Source: an uncultured Alphaproteobacteria bacterium
GTDB taxonomy: Bacteria > Pseudomonadota > Alphaproteobacteria > JAJFIK01
Length of the DNA: 64,000 nt
Direction of reading: 5' to 3'
Assembly (NCBI GenBank): GCA_964474635.1
Contig: CAYYTT010000006.1
Span: 2,123-66,122, forward strand
In this document: in pieces, positions 45,027 to 56,400 of the stretch
How positions within the stretch are numbered: position 1 is the stretch's first letter
Layout: each line of letters begins with the position of its first letter
Translations under genes and position numbers: made by a program
Notes under the pieces: model-generated
Told to the model about the DNA's origin: nothing
The model's database searches: none
The model's input: only the letters and a program-made list of their open reading frames with translations

Positions 45027-46133
45027 TCAGTCCCGGGCCGGGCCGCCCCTGGCCAGATCAGCCTCCACAATCTCGATCTGCTCGGCCGTCAACCAGCCCC
45101 GCCACACATCCGGGTAGGTCTCCAGGAACCACGCCACCAGAGCCCCGTCCTCCAGACCGCGATTTTCGTACATGTGCAGCAGCACGGCGCGCATCAGCGC
45201 CTTGTTGGTCTGATAAGCGCTCAAAAAGGTGAGCAACGCACCGGCTTCGGCCTGGAATTGCGTGTTTACGGCCACATGCTGTTCGATGGCCGGGTAGGCC
45301 ATGGCCTCTTCCGGCCGGCGCTCGGCTGCGAAGATATCCCAGCCCGCCGCGTCATAGGGCGGCTCTTCAAGGGCCACCAGATCGAAGCGGGCCGTGATCC
45401 AGCTTGGATCCCAGTAATAGGCGAGGAACGGCTCACCGCGCTGATAGGCCGAGGCGATGGCGGCCGCCAACGCCGCGCCCGTGCCGACGCGGAAATTGCT
45501 GAAGCTCGCATCAAGTCCGTAGGCCTGTATTTTCTTGGTATTGTTGACCTCGCACTGCCAGCCCAGGCTGCAGTTGTAAAAGCGGCCGAGCCGGGGACGC
45601 TCCGGATCGGTGAACAACTCGGCATAGCGCGGCAGATCGAAGACGCTGGCAAGCTCCGGAGCGCTTGGCTCAATGCCGCGCTTTTCGTCCCCCTCGATCA
45701 TGTAGCGCGGCACGTACCAGGACTGGGTGGCATCGGCCATGTTGAGGCCCACGCTGGCCACTTTGCCCCGGCGCACGCCGTCCTCCCAGACCTTGGTGGC
45801 CCGGTCGAGCCATACTTCCATCGCGATATCCACGTCGCCGCGCACCAGTCCCGACAACAGGGGGATGGTGGAGCCTGGAATATCGTCGGTTTCGCAGCCA
45901 TGGACGGTCTCGACCAGGTACCGGGCGAGCGCGTTGTGAAAGCGGGCGCTGTTCCAATCGAAGCCGGCGAACACGATGGGCCGGTCCACGGGGCAGGATG
46001 GCTGGGCACTTTGGGCTCGCGCCGGTGCCACAACGGGGGTCTGAACGGCGGTCACCGCGAGGAGCGCAAGGCCCGCCGTCCATCCCCCCACCCGTGCCGC
46101 CAGTTTGATCCAGGCCATCGCCAGCAACTCCAT
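45027..46133 (-). CDS. ABC-transporter substrate-binding protein, glycine-betaine/choline (ProX/OpuAC) type, orphan
   Basis: Start trimmed to [13 protein letters not shown]...(signal)...ARAQS. The family-like pattern is [23 protein letters not shown]...[10 protein letters not shown]...YYWDPSW. Confidence 0.7.
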   Translation of the reverse strand: MELLAMAWIKLAARVGGWTAGLALLAVTAVQTPVVAPARAQSAQPSCPVDRPIVFAGFDWNSARFHNALARYLVETVHGCETDDIPGSTIPLLSGLVRGDVDIAMEVWLDRATKVWEDGVRRGKVASVGLNMADATQSWYVPRYMIEGDEKRGIEPSAPELASVFDLPRYAELFTDPERPRLGRFYNCSLGWQCEVNNTKKIQAYGLDASFSNFRVGTGAALAAAIASAYQRGEPFLAYYWDPSWITARFDLVALEEPPYDAAGWDIFAAERRPEEAMAYPAIEQHVAVNTQFQAEAGALLTFLSAYQTNKALMRAVLLHMYENRGLEDGALVAWFLETYPDVWRGWLTAEQIEIVEADLARGGPARD

Positions 46134-46407
46134 CCCGGTTAAACACTTACCGCGCAGGACTGTAGAAGGCCCCTTGGCCCCTTTCCCGCGCGCCCTCACT
46201 ATGGTGGGCCGCCACGCCGAGCACAAGGAACCGCGCCCTTCCATCCTCACGGCCAGACAGGCTTTTCGCCAGCCAAACAGGCTCTCCGCCAGATTGGGTC
46301 CCACCATGTCGAAGCTTCCGCCGCCCCAGCACCAGACCTCGGACCCGTCCACCCAAACGGGCCCGGAGCCCGGCCCGTCGGCGGACGGGGGCGGGCCTGA
46401 GGACACC

Positions 46408-47226
46408 ATGCCGCTCGAATACCCCGGGTGGCGCCAGTCGGGCAGCCGATACGATTTTCAGCGCATCGCGTTCCGCTCCAGCAAGGCCCCGAAGGCATTG
46501 GCCGCCTTCGAGGAGTTCGTCCGCCGCTACGGCAACACACCCCTTGAGGATGCCCAGGTGATCGTGGCCATCGGCGGCGACGGCTTCATGCTGGAGACCC
46601 TGCACCAAACCCTCCACACGGGCCTGCCGGTCTTCGGCATCCACCGGGGCACCATCGGGTTTTTGATGAACGAGGCGCACACCTGGACCGGGATCGACCT
46701 GCCCCGACGCCTTGCCGATGCCGAACCCACCATCATTCATCCCCTGAAGATGGTGTGCGTGGATGCCGAGGAGACCGTGCACAGGGCCCTCGCCATCAAT
46801 GAAGTCTCCCTGCTGCGCGAAACACGCCAGACGGCAAAGATCCGTATTGAGATTGACGGCAAGGAGCGGCTCGAAGAACTCATCTGCGACGGCGTTCTGG
46901 TCTCAACCCCCGCGGGCAGCACGGCCTATAATCTGTCGGCCCATGGCCCGATCCTGCCCATTGAGGCCCGCCTTCTGGCCCTGACACCCATTTCCGCCTT
47001 TCGGCCACGTCGTTGGCGCGGAGCCATCCTGCCCCACAGTGCCGTGGTGCGCTTTGAGATGAACGAGCCGGAAAAACGACCCGTCAGCGCCGTTGCCGAC
47101 GACACCGAAATTCGCCATGTGCGCAGTGTGGAAGTGGCCGAAGACCGCTCCGTCGCGATCACGATCCTGTTTGACAAGGGCCACAACCTGGATGAGCGCA
47201 TTCTCAAGGAACAATTCTATCACTGA
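46408..47226 (+). CDS. nadK: NAD kinase
   Basis: [14 protein letters not shown] (GGDG), NEVSLLR, and [24 protein letters not shown]. The start is uncertain (ATG at 46408, or ATG at 46306). Confidence 0.9.
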   Translation: MPLEYPGWRQSGSRYDFQRIAFRSSKAPKALAAFEEFVRRYGNTPLEDAQVIVAIGGDGFMLETLHQTLHTGLPVFGIHRGTIGFLMNEAHTWTGIDLPRRLADAEPTIIHPLKMVCVDAEETVHRALAINEVSLLRETRQTAKIRIEIDGKERLEELICDGVLVSTPAGSTAYNLSAHGPILPIEARLLALTPISAFRPRRWRGAILPHSAVVRFEMNEPEKRPVSAVADDTEIRHVRSVEVAEDRSVAITILFDKGHNLDERILKEQFYH

Positions 47227-47293
47227 CGATCAGCCTGCACCGGATCGGCGGTCGCCGGACCCGGACACCGCTTCAGCGGGGCGCCGGGCCCAT

Positions 47294-48310
47294 GTGCAGG
47301 CGCTGGCCGCCGGCGGCCTCGGCGGTGCGATCTTCGCGCTGTTTGGCCTGCCGCTTGCGTGGATGCTCGGCGCGATGACCGGATCGACCATTCTCGCTCT
47401 CATGGGCCAGGGGGTCGCAGTGGCGCCATGGGTGCGCACCCCCATGATTGCCGTGCTTGGCGTGCTGCTGGGCTCGGCCTTTTCGGGCAGCATCATCCTT
47501 GGCATGATCAACTGGCTGCCGGCGATCCTGGGACTGATGGGTCTGGCGCTGGTCTCGACCCTTTCCGCGTGGGTCGTCTATCGGCGGGTGCTGGGGCTTG
47601 ATCCCGTGACGGCCTATTTCGCCAGTGTGCCCGGCGGGGTCAGCGAGATGAGCATCGTGGGCGAGAGCTATGGCGGGTCGGCCGCCATGATCGGCCTGGC
47701 CCATGTCATCCGCATTATTTTCGTGGTGAGCGTCGTCCCGCTTTACTTCCGGTTCGTCTTCGGTCTTGAGATCCCCACATTGCCGCCGCGTGCCGTGTCC
47801 GTACTGAGCTTTCCGCTTCTTGAGGGGATCATCCTGACGCTGTGCGCGCTCGCGGGCGTGTTTGTGGGGCGTTGGCTCCGCTTTCCCGCTCCGGCGCTCA
47901 CCGGACCCATGGCGCTCAGCATGGGCGTGCATGTGGCCGGCCTGAGCGCCGCGCCGCCGCCGGCCGAACTCATCGCGGCGGCCCAGATCGTTGTGGGCAC
48001 GGCCATCGGGGCGCGGTTCAGCGGATACGCTTTGTCCGACCTGCGCGGTGTGGCGCTTGGCGGCCTTGTTACGGCGACGCTCATGATTGGGCTTGCGGTC
48101 CTGTTCGCCTGGGCGATTGCGCCCCTCATCGGTCTTGAAACCGCGAGCCTGTTCATCGCCTACGCCCCCGGCGGGCTCACCGAAATGTCCCTGATTGCCC
48201 TCTCGCTCGATCAGGATCCCGCCTTTGTCTCGACCCTCCACCTGGTGCGCATTCTCACCATCATCGCGGTGGCGGCGCCCTTCTTCGCGTGGCGTCGATC
48301 AAGACCCTGA
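47294..48310 (+). CDS. AbrB-family (duplicated) integral membrane protein
   Basis: LAAGGLGGAIFALFGLPLAWMLGAMTGS and the repeated half LTGPMALSMGVHVAG are typical of the membrane AbrB/AmoA-like duplication family. The GTG start at 47294 is tentative. Confidence 0.7.
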   Translation: MQALAAGGLGGAIFALFGLPLAWMLGAMTGSTILALMGQGVAVAPWVRTPMIAVLGVLLGSAFSGSIILGMINWLPAILGLMGLALVSTLSAWVVYRRVLGLDPVTAYFASVPGGVSEMSIVGESYGGSAAMIGLAHVIRIIFVVSVVPLYFRFVFGLEIPTLPPRAVSVLSFPLLEGIILTLCALAGVFVGRWLRFPAPALTGPMALSMGVHVAGLSAAPPPAELIAAAQIVVGTAIGARFSGYALSDLRGVALGGLVTATLMIGLAVLFAWAIAPLIGLETASLFIAYAPGGLTEMSLIALSLDQDPAFVSTLHLVRILTIIAVAAPFFAWRRSRP

Positions 48311-48374
48311 CCGGCCCATCTAAATCTTTACCGGATGCAAATCCGGCTCCATCAAGGTTGAAGGCGCATTGACC

Positions 48375-48884
48375 ATGGGCCGCAGGCAGGCAGGCATGAC
48401 AAAATCCTTGGATGGGCTGCACGTACTTCTCGTCGACGATGACCGCCACTTGCGCGCCATCGTGCGCGCCCTGTTGTCACCGATCCCCGGTCTGCTGCTG
48501 CATGAAGCCGAGGATGCCGTCAGCGGCTGGGACATGTTCCTGCGCCACAAGGCAGGCCTCATCATCGTCGACTGGAACATGCCCAAAATCAATGGCATGC
48601 AGTTCATCCGGCGCGTCCGCCAATCGCCTGGCTCCCCCGATGAACGGGTCCCGATCCTGTTGATGACCGGTCATACCAACGCACAGGTCATCGCCTGCGC
48701 GCGCGATGCCGGTGCCAATCAGATCCTGGCAAAACCGATCTCGGCGGAAAATCTGTACACGAAAATGACCGCGGCCATCTCCGACACCCGCCCGTTTATT
48801 GAAGCCAAACGCTATGTCGGACCAGACCGCCGGCGGCGCAACGCACCCTACAATGGCGAGGACAGGCGTAAGGGTCGTTCCTGA
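48375..48884 (+). CDS. CheY-like response regulator with Arg-rich C-terminal tail
   Basis: VLLVDDD, IIVDWNMPKINGM, and LAKPI. The C-terminal tail is GPDRRRRNAPYNGEDRRKGRS. The start could be 48375 or 48396. Confidence 0.85.
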   Translation: MGRRQAGMTKSLDGLHVLLVDDDRHLRAIVRALLSPIPGLLLHEAEDAVSGWDMFLRHKAGLIIVDWNMPKINGMQFIRRVRQSPGSPDERVPILLMTGHTNAQVIACARDAGANQILAKPISAENLYTKMTAAISDTRPFIEAKRYVGPDRRRRNAPYNGEDRRKGRS

Positions 48885-48917
48885 CCTCCAAGCTGACCGC
48901 TTAACGCCTCAAGGCGC

Positions 48918-49691
48918 TTACGGATTGTCCAGGGACTCCGAGGTGATCGCGTAGCCCGCATTGTCCGGAATACGCAGGATTGGGCCGTCCGGGCCGTTTT
49001 CCACCCACGGCTTGACGGTGACGATGGGGTCGCGCGCGGCGCGCTCCATGGCCTCGGCCACGGTGGCGCTCTCGGCGAGTTTCATCAAGTTCATCCGTGT
49101 CGGGAAAATGATGGTCCATTTCCCGTCTTCCGCCTCGCGCAAGGCCCGGCCCGGATTGATCCAGACCGAATCCACCGACTCGTTCCCGTCATGTTGCGCG
49201 TCCTGGCGTTTGGGCGCGCGGGCCAGGAAAAAATGGGTGTCATACCGCCGGGGCATCACGTCCGGTGTGATCCAGTGGGCAAAAGGCACGAGGGCGGACA
49301 AATCCAAGTGCAAGTCATGGGCGCTCATCAATCCGTCCATGTCCATGTCGCCCGAGTGCACGGCCGCGCGCACCGCCTCAGCATCGGCGAAGGTGTCCGC
49401 ACCGCGATCGGCGAGCAGAACGCCGCATTCCTCAAAGACTTCTCGCACGGCGCACACCCGCAATGTGATCGCCTCCTCATCGAGCCCATCCGCCCCTCGG
49501 CAGCGGCGGCGCACGGCCTCGGCCGCGTCGCCCGGATCGACCTTGCCGCCGGGAAACACCAGGGCGCCGGAGGCAAAATCGATCTGGTAGTTGCGCACCA
49601 CCATGAAGACCTCGATGCCCTCGGCCCCGTCGCGCAGGAGCAGAATGGTCGCCGACGGCGCGGCGGCTTGTGAAGTCTTCTCGGTATCCAT
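48918..49691 (-). CDS. Nudix hydrolase
   Basis: Start trimmed to MDTEKTS (ATG at 49691). Nudix box FPGGKV...REVFEECGV. The track's 630-aa version runs antisense into recQ. Confidence 0.8.
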   Translation of the reverse strand: MDTEKTSQAAAPSATILLLRDGAEGIEVFMVVRNYQIDFASGALVFPGGKVDPGDAAEAVRRRCRGADGLDEEAITLRVCAVREVFEECGVLLADRGADTFADAEAVRAAVHSGDMDMDGLMSAHDLHLDLSALVPFAHWITPDVMPRRYDTHFFLARAPKRQDAQHDGNESVDSVWINPGRALREAEDGKWTIIFPTRMNLMKLAESATVAEAMERAARDPIVTVKPWVENGPDGPILRIPDNAGYAITSESLDNP

Positions 49692-49832
49692 GGGGCGTCT
49701 CCTGAGGGCCGTCTTGGGTCGCTGCGCGCTTGGTTTTGAGACTAGCCGGTTCCGGCAGACCCCGCGACTCGCGCAAGATCGCAGCCCATCAAGGCGGGGC
49801 AGCCAGAGACAGGCAACACGGGGCGCGGCACG

Positions 49833-51683
49833 GTGCGGACAACAACGAGCGAAACAGCCGCAAGGCCGGCCGATTTCAAGACAAACCCCGCGCCCCCTCG
49901 CGCCGAGACGCCCGAGGCCCTGCTGCGCCGCGTCTTCGGCCACGCCTCCTTCAGGCCCCTCCAGGACCGCATTATCCACCATGTCTGCCAGGGCGGGGAT
50001 GCCCTCGCGGTTCTGCCCACGGGCGGCGGGAAATCCCTGTGCTACCAGGTGCCTGCCCTGGTGCGCCCCGGATTGACCCTCGTCATCTCGCCCCTTGTCG
50101 CGCTCATGGAGGAGCAGGTCGGCCGGCTGGGGGCGCTCGATGTGCGCGCCGCCTGCCTGCACGGCGCCATGGCCCCGGACACGATGGGCGAGATCCTCGA
50201 TGCGGCGCGAAGCGGGCGGCTCGACCTTCTCTACCTTGCCCCCGAACGGGCCGTGACAACGGCCTTTCTGGACAGCATGACGCATTGCCCCCTGAGCCTG
50301 ATCGCCATCGATGAGGCGCACTGCGTGGTCCAATGGGGCCCATCCTTCCGGCCGGCCTATCTGGAGCTTGGCCGGCTGATTGCGCGCCGCCCGGACGTAC
50401 CGAGACTGGCGCTGACGGCCACCGCCGACGCGCCGACCCTTGAGGAAATCAAAACCCGGTTGTGGCTTCACAATGCCCGTGTTTTCCAGGGTGGACATGC
50501 CCGGCCCAATATTGCCCTCGCTGCCGCGCGCGAGGCGGGCTCGCCAGAGGCCCTCGCCCGGCGGCTCGTCGGAGGTCCACGACGCTCGGGCGCCAGTCTG
50601 CTTTACGTGCGCTCGCGGCGCCGGGCCGAAGCGGTGGCCGCGCACCTGGCGCGCCGGGGCGTGCCGGCCCTTGCCTACCATGCCGGCCTTGAGACCACCG
50701 AGCGGCGGGCGCGGGAGGCGGATTTTCTGGCTGCGGACAGTCCCGTCATGGTGGCTACGGTCGCCTTCGGCATGGGGCTCGACCGGCCGGATGTGCGCAC
50801 CGTTGCCCATCTCGACCTACCGGACTCGCCAAGCGCCTATTGGCAGGAAGTCGGCCGCGCCGGCCGGGATGGCGCACCATCGCAGGCCATTTTCGCCCAT
50901 GGCGTGACGCCCGTGCTCGATGCCCTCAGGCGAGGCGGCCGGGAACTGGGGGCCCTGCTCGATGTGCTTGAAACCGAAGAATGCCGGGCGCGTGCGATCC
51001 TGCGCCATTTCGGCGAAGCGGACCCGGTTGCCTGCGGCCATTGCGATCTGTGCACCGACCCGGTCCGCCCCTGGGACGGCGGGCCTGCCCTGCGCCATGT
51101 GCTGGCCCCCCTGATGCGCAGCGGGGAGGCCATGGGTGCAAAGCGTCTCAGTGATCTTGCCGCCGGCAGTCTGCCGGCGGAGGTTTCGCGCTCCCTGCTG
51201 CGGCAAGCTCTTGTGAAAGGGCTGCTCAAGCCCTCCGACACCGAGACGCGGGCCATGGCCCTGACGCAAGAGGGGGAACACCGTTTAAAGTCGGATGAGC
51301 CCCTGCCCGTTCTTGCGGACTGGAAAGGCGCCCTGCCCCTTCATCCCAGTACGCCCCTTGATGCCGGCAAGCCCCAGGATCTCGGTAAACCCCTGGATCT
51401 CGGCAAGCCTCTTGATCCCGGCAAGCCTACAGCTTCTTCCACTCAAACGGCCTGTCCCACCCATGGGACCGCTCCAAGCCTTCTGGATCGGCTCATGGCG
51501 CTTCGGGGCCGCCTGTGCCGCGATCACGCTTTACCGCCGGCCCTGGTCGCAACCGACAAGACCTTACGCGCCCTGGCCATGGCCCAATCCGGCGAAGCCA
51601 ATCGGCAAGATACGGATCATGCCCTGGCCGCCATCCGCGACCCCAAGTTCCGCGGGGATTTTCGCAATGAACTCAAGGCGTGA
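49833..51683 (+). CDS. recQ: ATP-dependent DNA helicase RecQ
   Basis: FGHASFRPLQ, Walker A LPTGGGKSLCYQ, DEAHCVVQWGPSFRPAY, the Zn-binding CGHCDLC cluster, and a C-terminal HRDC-like region. The start is GTG. Confidence 0.9.
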   Translation: MRTTTSETAARPADFKTNPAPPRAETPEALLRRVFGHASFRPLQDRIIHHVCQGGDALAVLPTGGGKSLCYQVPALVRPGLTLVISPLVALMEEQVGRLGALDVRAACLHGAMAPDTMGEILDAARSGRLDLLYLAPERAVTTAFLDSMTHCPLSLIAIDEAHCVVQWGPSFRPAYLELGRLIARRPDVPRLALTATADAPTLEEIKTRLWLHNARVFQGGHARPNIALAAAREAGSPEALARRLVGGPRRSGASLLYVRSRRRAEAVAAHLARRGVPALAYHAGLETTERRAREADFLAADSPVMVATVAFGMGLDRPDVRTVAHLDLPDSPSAYWQEVGRAGRDGAPSQAIFAHGVTPVLDALRRGGRELGALLDVLETEECRARAILRHFGEADPVACGHCDLCTDPVRPWDGGPALRHVLAPLMRSGEAMGAKRLSDLAAGSLPAEVSRSLLRQALVKGLLKPSDTETRAMALTQEGEHRLKSDEPLPVLADWKGALPLHPSTPLDAGKPQDLGKPLDLGKPLDPGKPTASSTQTACPTHGTAPSLLDRLMALRGRLCRDHALPPALVATDKTLRALAMAQSGEANRQDTDHALAAIRDPKFRGDFRNELKA

Positions 51684-51698
51684 ACCGATACCGCTGTC

Positions 51699-52811
51699 TT
51701 ATGCGGCCGCCGCGTCGCGGGAGAGCTGATCCACCTTCAGCAGCAGATAATCGATATCCCCCGATGCCATGTCCTGACACCGGGTCAAGACACGCTCGAT
51801 CATCCGTGAGCGGAAGCCAAGCCTGTCCGCGCCCGCCCCGTCGAAGACAAGATCCTGATAGGCCGACAAGGCCACCTGGAGCGGCGCGATCATCACCTTG
51901 GGCAATCCGGCGGCGGCAACGATGGCGTCGATGCCTTCCGGACCCGTTTCGTTGAGGTAACGCCAGGTTTCGGTAATCGACAGCCCAGCCCGTTTGGCAA
52001 GTGCCGCCTCCAGAAACTCCATGTCGCCGGTGCATGCGGCACGCAGCAAAAGGGACGGGGTCAGACGTTTCGTCTTGTGCAACTGTTCCACCATCAGGCC
52101 GATATTGCGGCCCCGCCCATAGGCATCGAACAGGGAAATTGTTGCATGTCCCCGGCTCTGCTCGGCGAGCACATGGGCAAGGGCGCCGGAAAAATCCGGA
52201 CGGGACGCAAGATAAGTCCGCAAGTGATCGGATACGATCGTGACAAGGCGCTCGGCAATCGTGACCGGCAGATCCACGCGTTTGGCAAGCTTTTCGGTCA
52301 CGAAAGCGCTGTCGCCGAACCGGTCGATGGCCCGGTCAAGTGTCGCGGCCGCGAGTTCCGCACCCGGATTGTCCACAAGGGCGCCCACCGGCGCCTCGCC
52401 CGCCTCCTCCACGATCACACGGGACAGACCGCCCGGCACATGCGCCCGACTGGCAATGGCAAGCTGTTTGCTTTCGCTGCCGGAGCGGACCAAGTCGATC
52501 AGTTCTTCCTCGGACAGCAGAGGCGATTGGCTCAGAACCGGCGCCGCGACCCGGTCGAAGTCCTCGGCCAGGGCCAGGACCACGTCCTTGGGTATGTCGG
52601 GCAGCGCCCCGACAATGTCGGCCAGCCCCTCCCGCACGCGCACCGCCGCATCGCGCGTCATGAGCCGTAGAATATCGTCCGCCTGCCCGCGTTCCGCGCT
52701 GGACAATGCGCCGTCGCGGACGGCCCGAACGATATGACCGGCAACCTCAAGACGACGCTCCGCAGTCGGCGCCGCCGTCAACGCCTCAAGATCGCTCCTC
52801 GAAAAGCCCAT
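51699..52811 (-). CDS. DUF2336-family (HEAT-like repeat) protein
   Basis: Start trimmed to MGFSRSDLEALT. Repetitive helical pattern with AVRVREGLADIVGALPDIPKDVVLALAED...VAAPVLSQSPLLSEEELIDLV, typical of alphaproteobacterial DUF2336. Confidence 0.65.
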   Translation of the reverse strand: MGFSRSDLEALTAAPTAERRLEVAGHIVRAVRDGALSSAERGQADDILRLMTRDAAVRVREGLADIVGALPDIPKDVVLALAEDFDRVAAPVLSQSPLLSEEELIDLVRSGSESKQLAIASRAHVPGGLSRVIVEEAGEAPVGALVDNPGAELAAATLDRAIDRFGDSAFVTEKLAKRVDLPVTIAERLVTIVSDHLRTYLASRPDFSGALAHVLAEQSRGHATISLFDAYGRGRNIGLMVEQLHKTKRLTPSLLLRAACTGDMEFLEAALAKRAGLSITETWRYLNETGPEGIDAIVAAAGLPKVMIAPLQVALSAYQDLVFDGAGADRLGFRSRMIERVLTRCQDMASGDIDYLLLKVDQLSRDAAAA

Positions 52812-53049
52812 GACATTGGCTGCCTTGCTGAACGGAATGGCCAACGAGGCTGGCCAGGCGCGTGCTGACCCCCCTCCTCCCAAGTGTCGCGCCGCCGGAT
52901 TTAACAAAGCGCAAAAAGTGCCGCGCAAATCCGTCAAGACGGCCAAGACCTATGCTCGCGGACACCTACCTGTGCTCGCCGGCACGCCCCCTGACCGGTG
53001 ATTGTGGCTCCCTCTTCCTCGAGGACACCCAATCGCCCGCCACCATGGG

Positions 53050-53445
53050 ATGGGCCACCAGGCAAAAGGGGATGAAGACGTGAACCCACATGAAGAGTTT
53101 GAAAACCGCAACGCGCCCGGACCCGCCCGGCACGCACGGGCCGATCTGACCGCCCACGCCGAACGCCGGGCCCAGGTGCTCAAAGCCATGGCAAGTGCCA
53201 AACGCCTGATGATCCTGTGCACCCTCGCCGAGGCAGAGCGTTCCGTCTCAAGCCTGGCGCAGCATCTCGGCATGCGGCAGGCGGCCGTCTCCCAGCACCT
53301 GGCACGGCTGCGACTTGAAAAACTGGTGGCGACCCGGCGGGACGGGCAGACCATCTATTACCGGGTGGCGGATGGGGCCGTCGCCGACCTTGTGGACCAT
53401 GTCTGCGGACGGCGTGCCTTCGACGCGGAAGGAAACGGCGGCTGA
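53050..53445 (+). CDS. ArsR/SmtB family transcriptional regulator
   Basis: wHTH region VLKAMASAKRLMILCTLAEAERSVSSLAQHLGMRQAAVSQHLARLRLEKLVATRRDGQTIYY. The start could be ATG at 53050 or GTG at 53080. Confidence 0.85.
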   Translation: MGHQAKGDEDVNPHEEFENRNAPGPARHARADLTAHAERRAQVLKAMASAKRLMILCTLAEAERSVSSLAQHLGMRQAAVSQHLARLRLEKLVATRRDGQTIYYRVADGAVADLVDHVCGRRAFDAEGNGG

Positions 53446-53452
53446 CGAGGCC

Positions 53453-56400
53453 TCAATGGCGCTCCTGGGGCGGCAGGATCTCCAGGGCCTCCACGAGGAG
53501 CCGGCCGTCCTCGTCGTGAACCTGGCTGTGCCGGCCATAGAGCCGTTCGCTCGCCGTGGACAAAGAGAGCAGCGCGGCCAGATCATCGCCGGCGCGGACA
53601 CGAAAATAGGCGACGGGGCGACACGACAGGGCGCTGCCGGCCCGCGTCCCACCGGTCAGAAGTTCAGTGAAGGGAACCTCGCCGCCCCGCAATTGCTCGA
53701 GATCTTCCTGGGAGCCCTGCGCATCCAGAATACGCACCACGGCCGCAATGAGCGGAAAGCCCGATCCCGGACGATCCCCCGGCGCCGCCCGGGGGTCGAG
53801 GGCAATCAACTTCACCACGATGGTGTTGTCCACGGCCCGCAAGGCTAGGACGCGCAGGCCTGCGGCGACGCTGATCTTGTCTTCCAGTTCCTCGGCCATG
53901 GTCCGGCGATGGTCAAGGAGCGCGCGCTCGCCGATGGGCAGGCGATCCGCGTCCAGGATTTCCAGATCGAGATTCGGCGCACCATCCAGCGACCAGAAGG
54001 CCGCCAGCAGGGCCACCTGGGAGGTCAAGGCCTCGTTGATGGCCTCCGCGATGGTTTCCACACCGGGTTTTTCCAATACCGAAAGGGCATCGCCGCGCAC
54101 GCCGACCGTGTGGACACCTTCGTCCGTCAACTGATCCCAATCATCATGGCCATTCACGAGGGCGAAGGGGGGAAACGTGTGGCGAAACAGAACCGGCTCC
54201 AATGCGGCACGCCGAGGTTTGTAGCGGGCCAGGAGCTTTTGATAGGTCGCCATGGGCGATGTGCCCCGCCGGTGAGTGCGCGCCGACAACGGGGGCAGAT
54301 GTTTGGCGCGCCGGCGCACCGACTGGGCCCGGGAGACGGCCCAGGCCTTGGCGGGGCCCGCCCGCAGCGCATAGCGGAACCAGCCCAGAAGGGCCAGGGC
54401 CCGGGTCCCCCAGGACCGGGCGAGCCAGGAGGGCGAGAGCGTATCGATCATGCCCAGCCACACCACGCGCTGGCCGGCCGCCTCAAGCGCCCGGGCAACC
54501 TCGAAGGCGATGGCGCCGCCCGCCCCATGGCCCAGCAGGGCCACTGGACTGTCCGGCGTGACGGATGCGATCTGACCGGCGGCGCGGTGGACGAGCCCCA
54601 TCATGGACGAGGGCACGCTGCCCAACCCGCCAAAGCCCGGCAGATCGAGGCCATAGACGGGCACACGCTCATCCACGTGATCGAGAAGCCGTTCGAATTC
54701 AAGCGTGTAGGTGCCCGGTCCCGCGATACAGAACAGGGGAATGGCGCCGGGCATTCCGGGGGCAAAGCGCGCCGGCCGGCCGCCCTGACCCGCCCCGAGC
54801 CGCGCGGCCAGATCGCGCGGCGTGCTGACTTCCAGGAGCAGGGAGGGCGAGACCGGCTTGTCCAGTTGCCGCTCCAACATCGCCGCCAGGGCGATGGCCT
54901 CCCGGTGGTCCCCGCCCAGAAGGAAGAAGTTATCCGTCGGCTGAACGGGCTGGTGTCTCAGGACCGCCTCGAAGCTCCTGGAGACGCGCTCCTCGAGCGA
55001 CAAACGGGGGGCAAGCTCCGGCCGGTAATCGAACTCTTCACGGTCGTGGCCAGGCTTGGCATGGACAGGTTCGTCTTGGCTCGGAAACTCTGTCTCTGGA
55101 AAATCGATGTCGTCTAGCGTGTCGCCTTCGTCGAACAGGTCCCTGTCGGACCGCGCCAGCGGCTGGCTCGGCGTCCAATCATCAAGATCGCCAGGGTTTT
55201 CAGGCTGGCCTGGATCATCAGGGTGGTATGGATCATCAGGGCCTTCTGGGTCGTCAAGGTCATCTGGGACCTGCCCGTGCTCAAGCTCGTCCCCATACTG
55301 CGAAAACTCCGCGTCCCCAAAGGCGCCCTCCGGCTCCAGGCTTTCATCGTCGCGGGGCCATGGGGCGGGCTCGCCCTGGGGGGCGTCATCGGCGTCAAAG
55401 GAGGCGAGAGGCGCGTCGTCATCGATATAATCCGGGAACTGAGCGCCCGCTGGATCGTCATGGAGGTGGCGGGCGTCTTCCCCACTTTCGAGTGGCACAA
55501 GATCGCCGGCCACACGCTCGATGACCAGATGGCCCGTTCTTATGAATAGCTTCATGGGATCGGACGGGTCCGGCACGACCCGTTTGGGGTCCGGCCTGCC
55601 CTCGCGCCAGTAAACGGTTGTGACATGGGCGGCGCGAATGGCCAGTTCACCCCCCGCCCCCGGCGTGACCGGATAACCGTCCGGTTCCACCAGCACCGTC
55701 TCCACATCGTAATAGGGCCGGCCCAGGGGGACCGGCCCAGCGTCCTGAAGCTGATCGTCGGTCGGTATATACCGCGCGACAAGACCGCATTCGGTCGTGA
55801 GCAGACCAAGATGAAGCCGCGCCTGGCTTAAGAACATCCGCCGAAAGAATTCCATGTCCGAGCGGCGCACGGGCGCGCCCCCCAAATGAATCCAGCGCAG
55901 TTTGGGCAAGGGGCCATCGCCCAAAAACGCCGTGGCCATGCGGCGATAGAACCCCGGCGTCAGCCCCAGGATCGTCAGTCCCACATCCTCCGCCCAGGAC
56001 GCAAAGGCCGCCAGCGGACGCCGGCTGACATCAAAGGGGCACAAGGCCGCGCCGCTCAAGAGGGCACCAAAAAGGCAAATGACCGATAAGGGCTCGTCGG
56101 CGCTGACCACAAATCCGACCCGGTCGCGCGATGAAACGCCGAGATCCTGGACATAAAGATCCACATTACGCAGGAGGCTCGCCTGGGTGTGCAGGCTCGC
56201 CCGGGGGCGGGCGCCGTGCTCATCGTCGGGCAGAAACAGCAGAAAGGCCGGCTGACCGGCCGCGCGGAACCGCCCCATGAGGGTTGCGTCATCCTGCATG
56301 ATGGGACGGGGACTATTCGGGTCGAGATCCTCGTCTTCCGGTGCCAGGTCCAGCACCGGAATGCCCTGCCCCGCGACCACCCGCACACGGGCCGCCGTTG

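Noticed and set aside
44658-46142. 494-aa plus-strand ORF
   Set aside because: It is antisense to the aldolase 5' end and the betaine-type binding protein.
49692-50810. N-terminal 373-aa extension of the Nudix ORF (the track's 630-aa version)
   Set aside because: The extension is antisense to recQ and has no motifs. The Nudix domain begins right after the internal MDTEKTS start.
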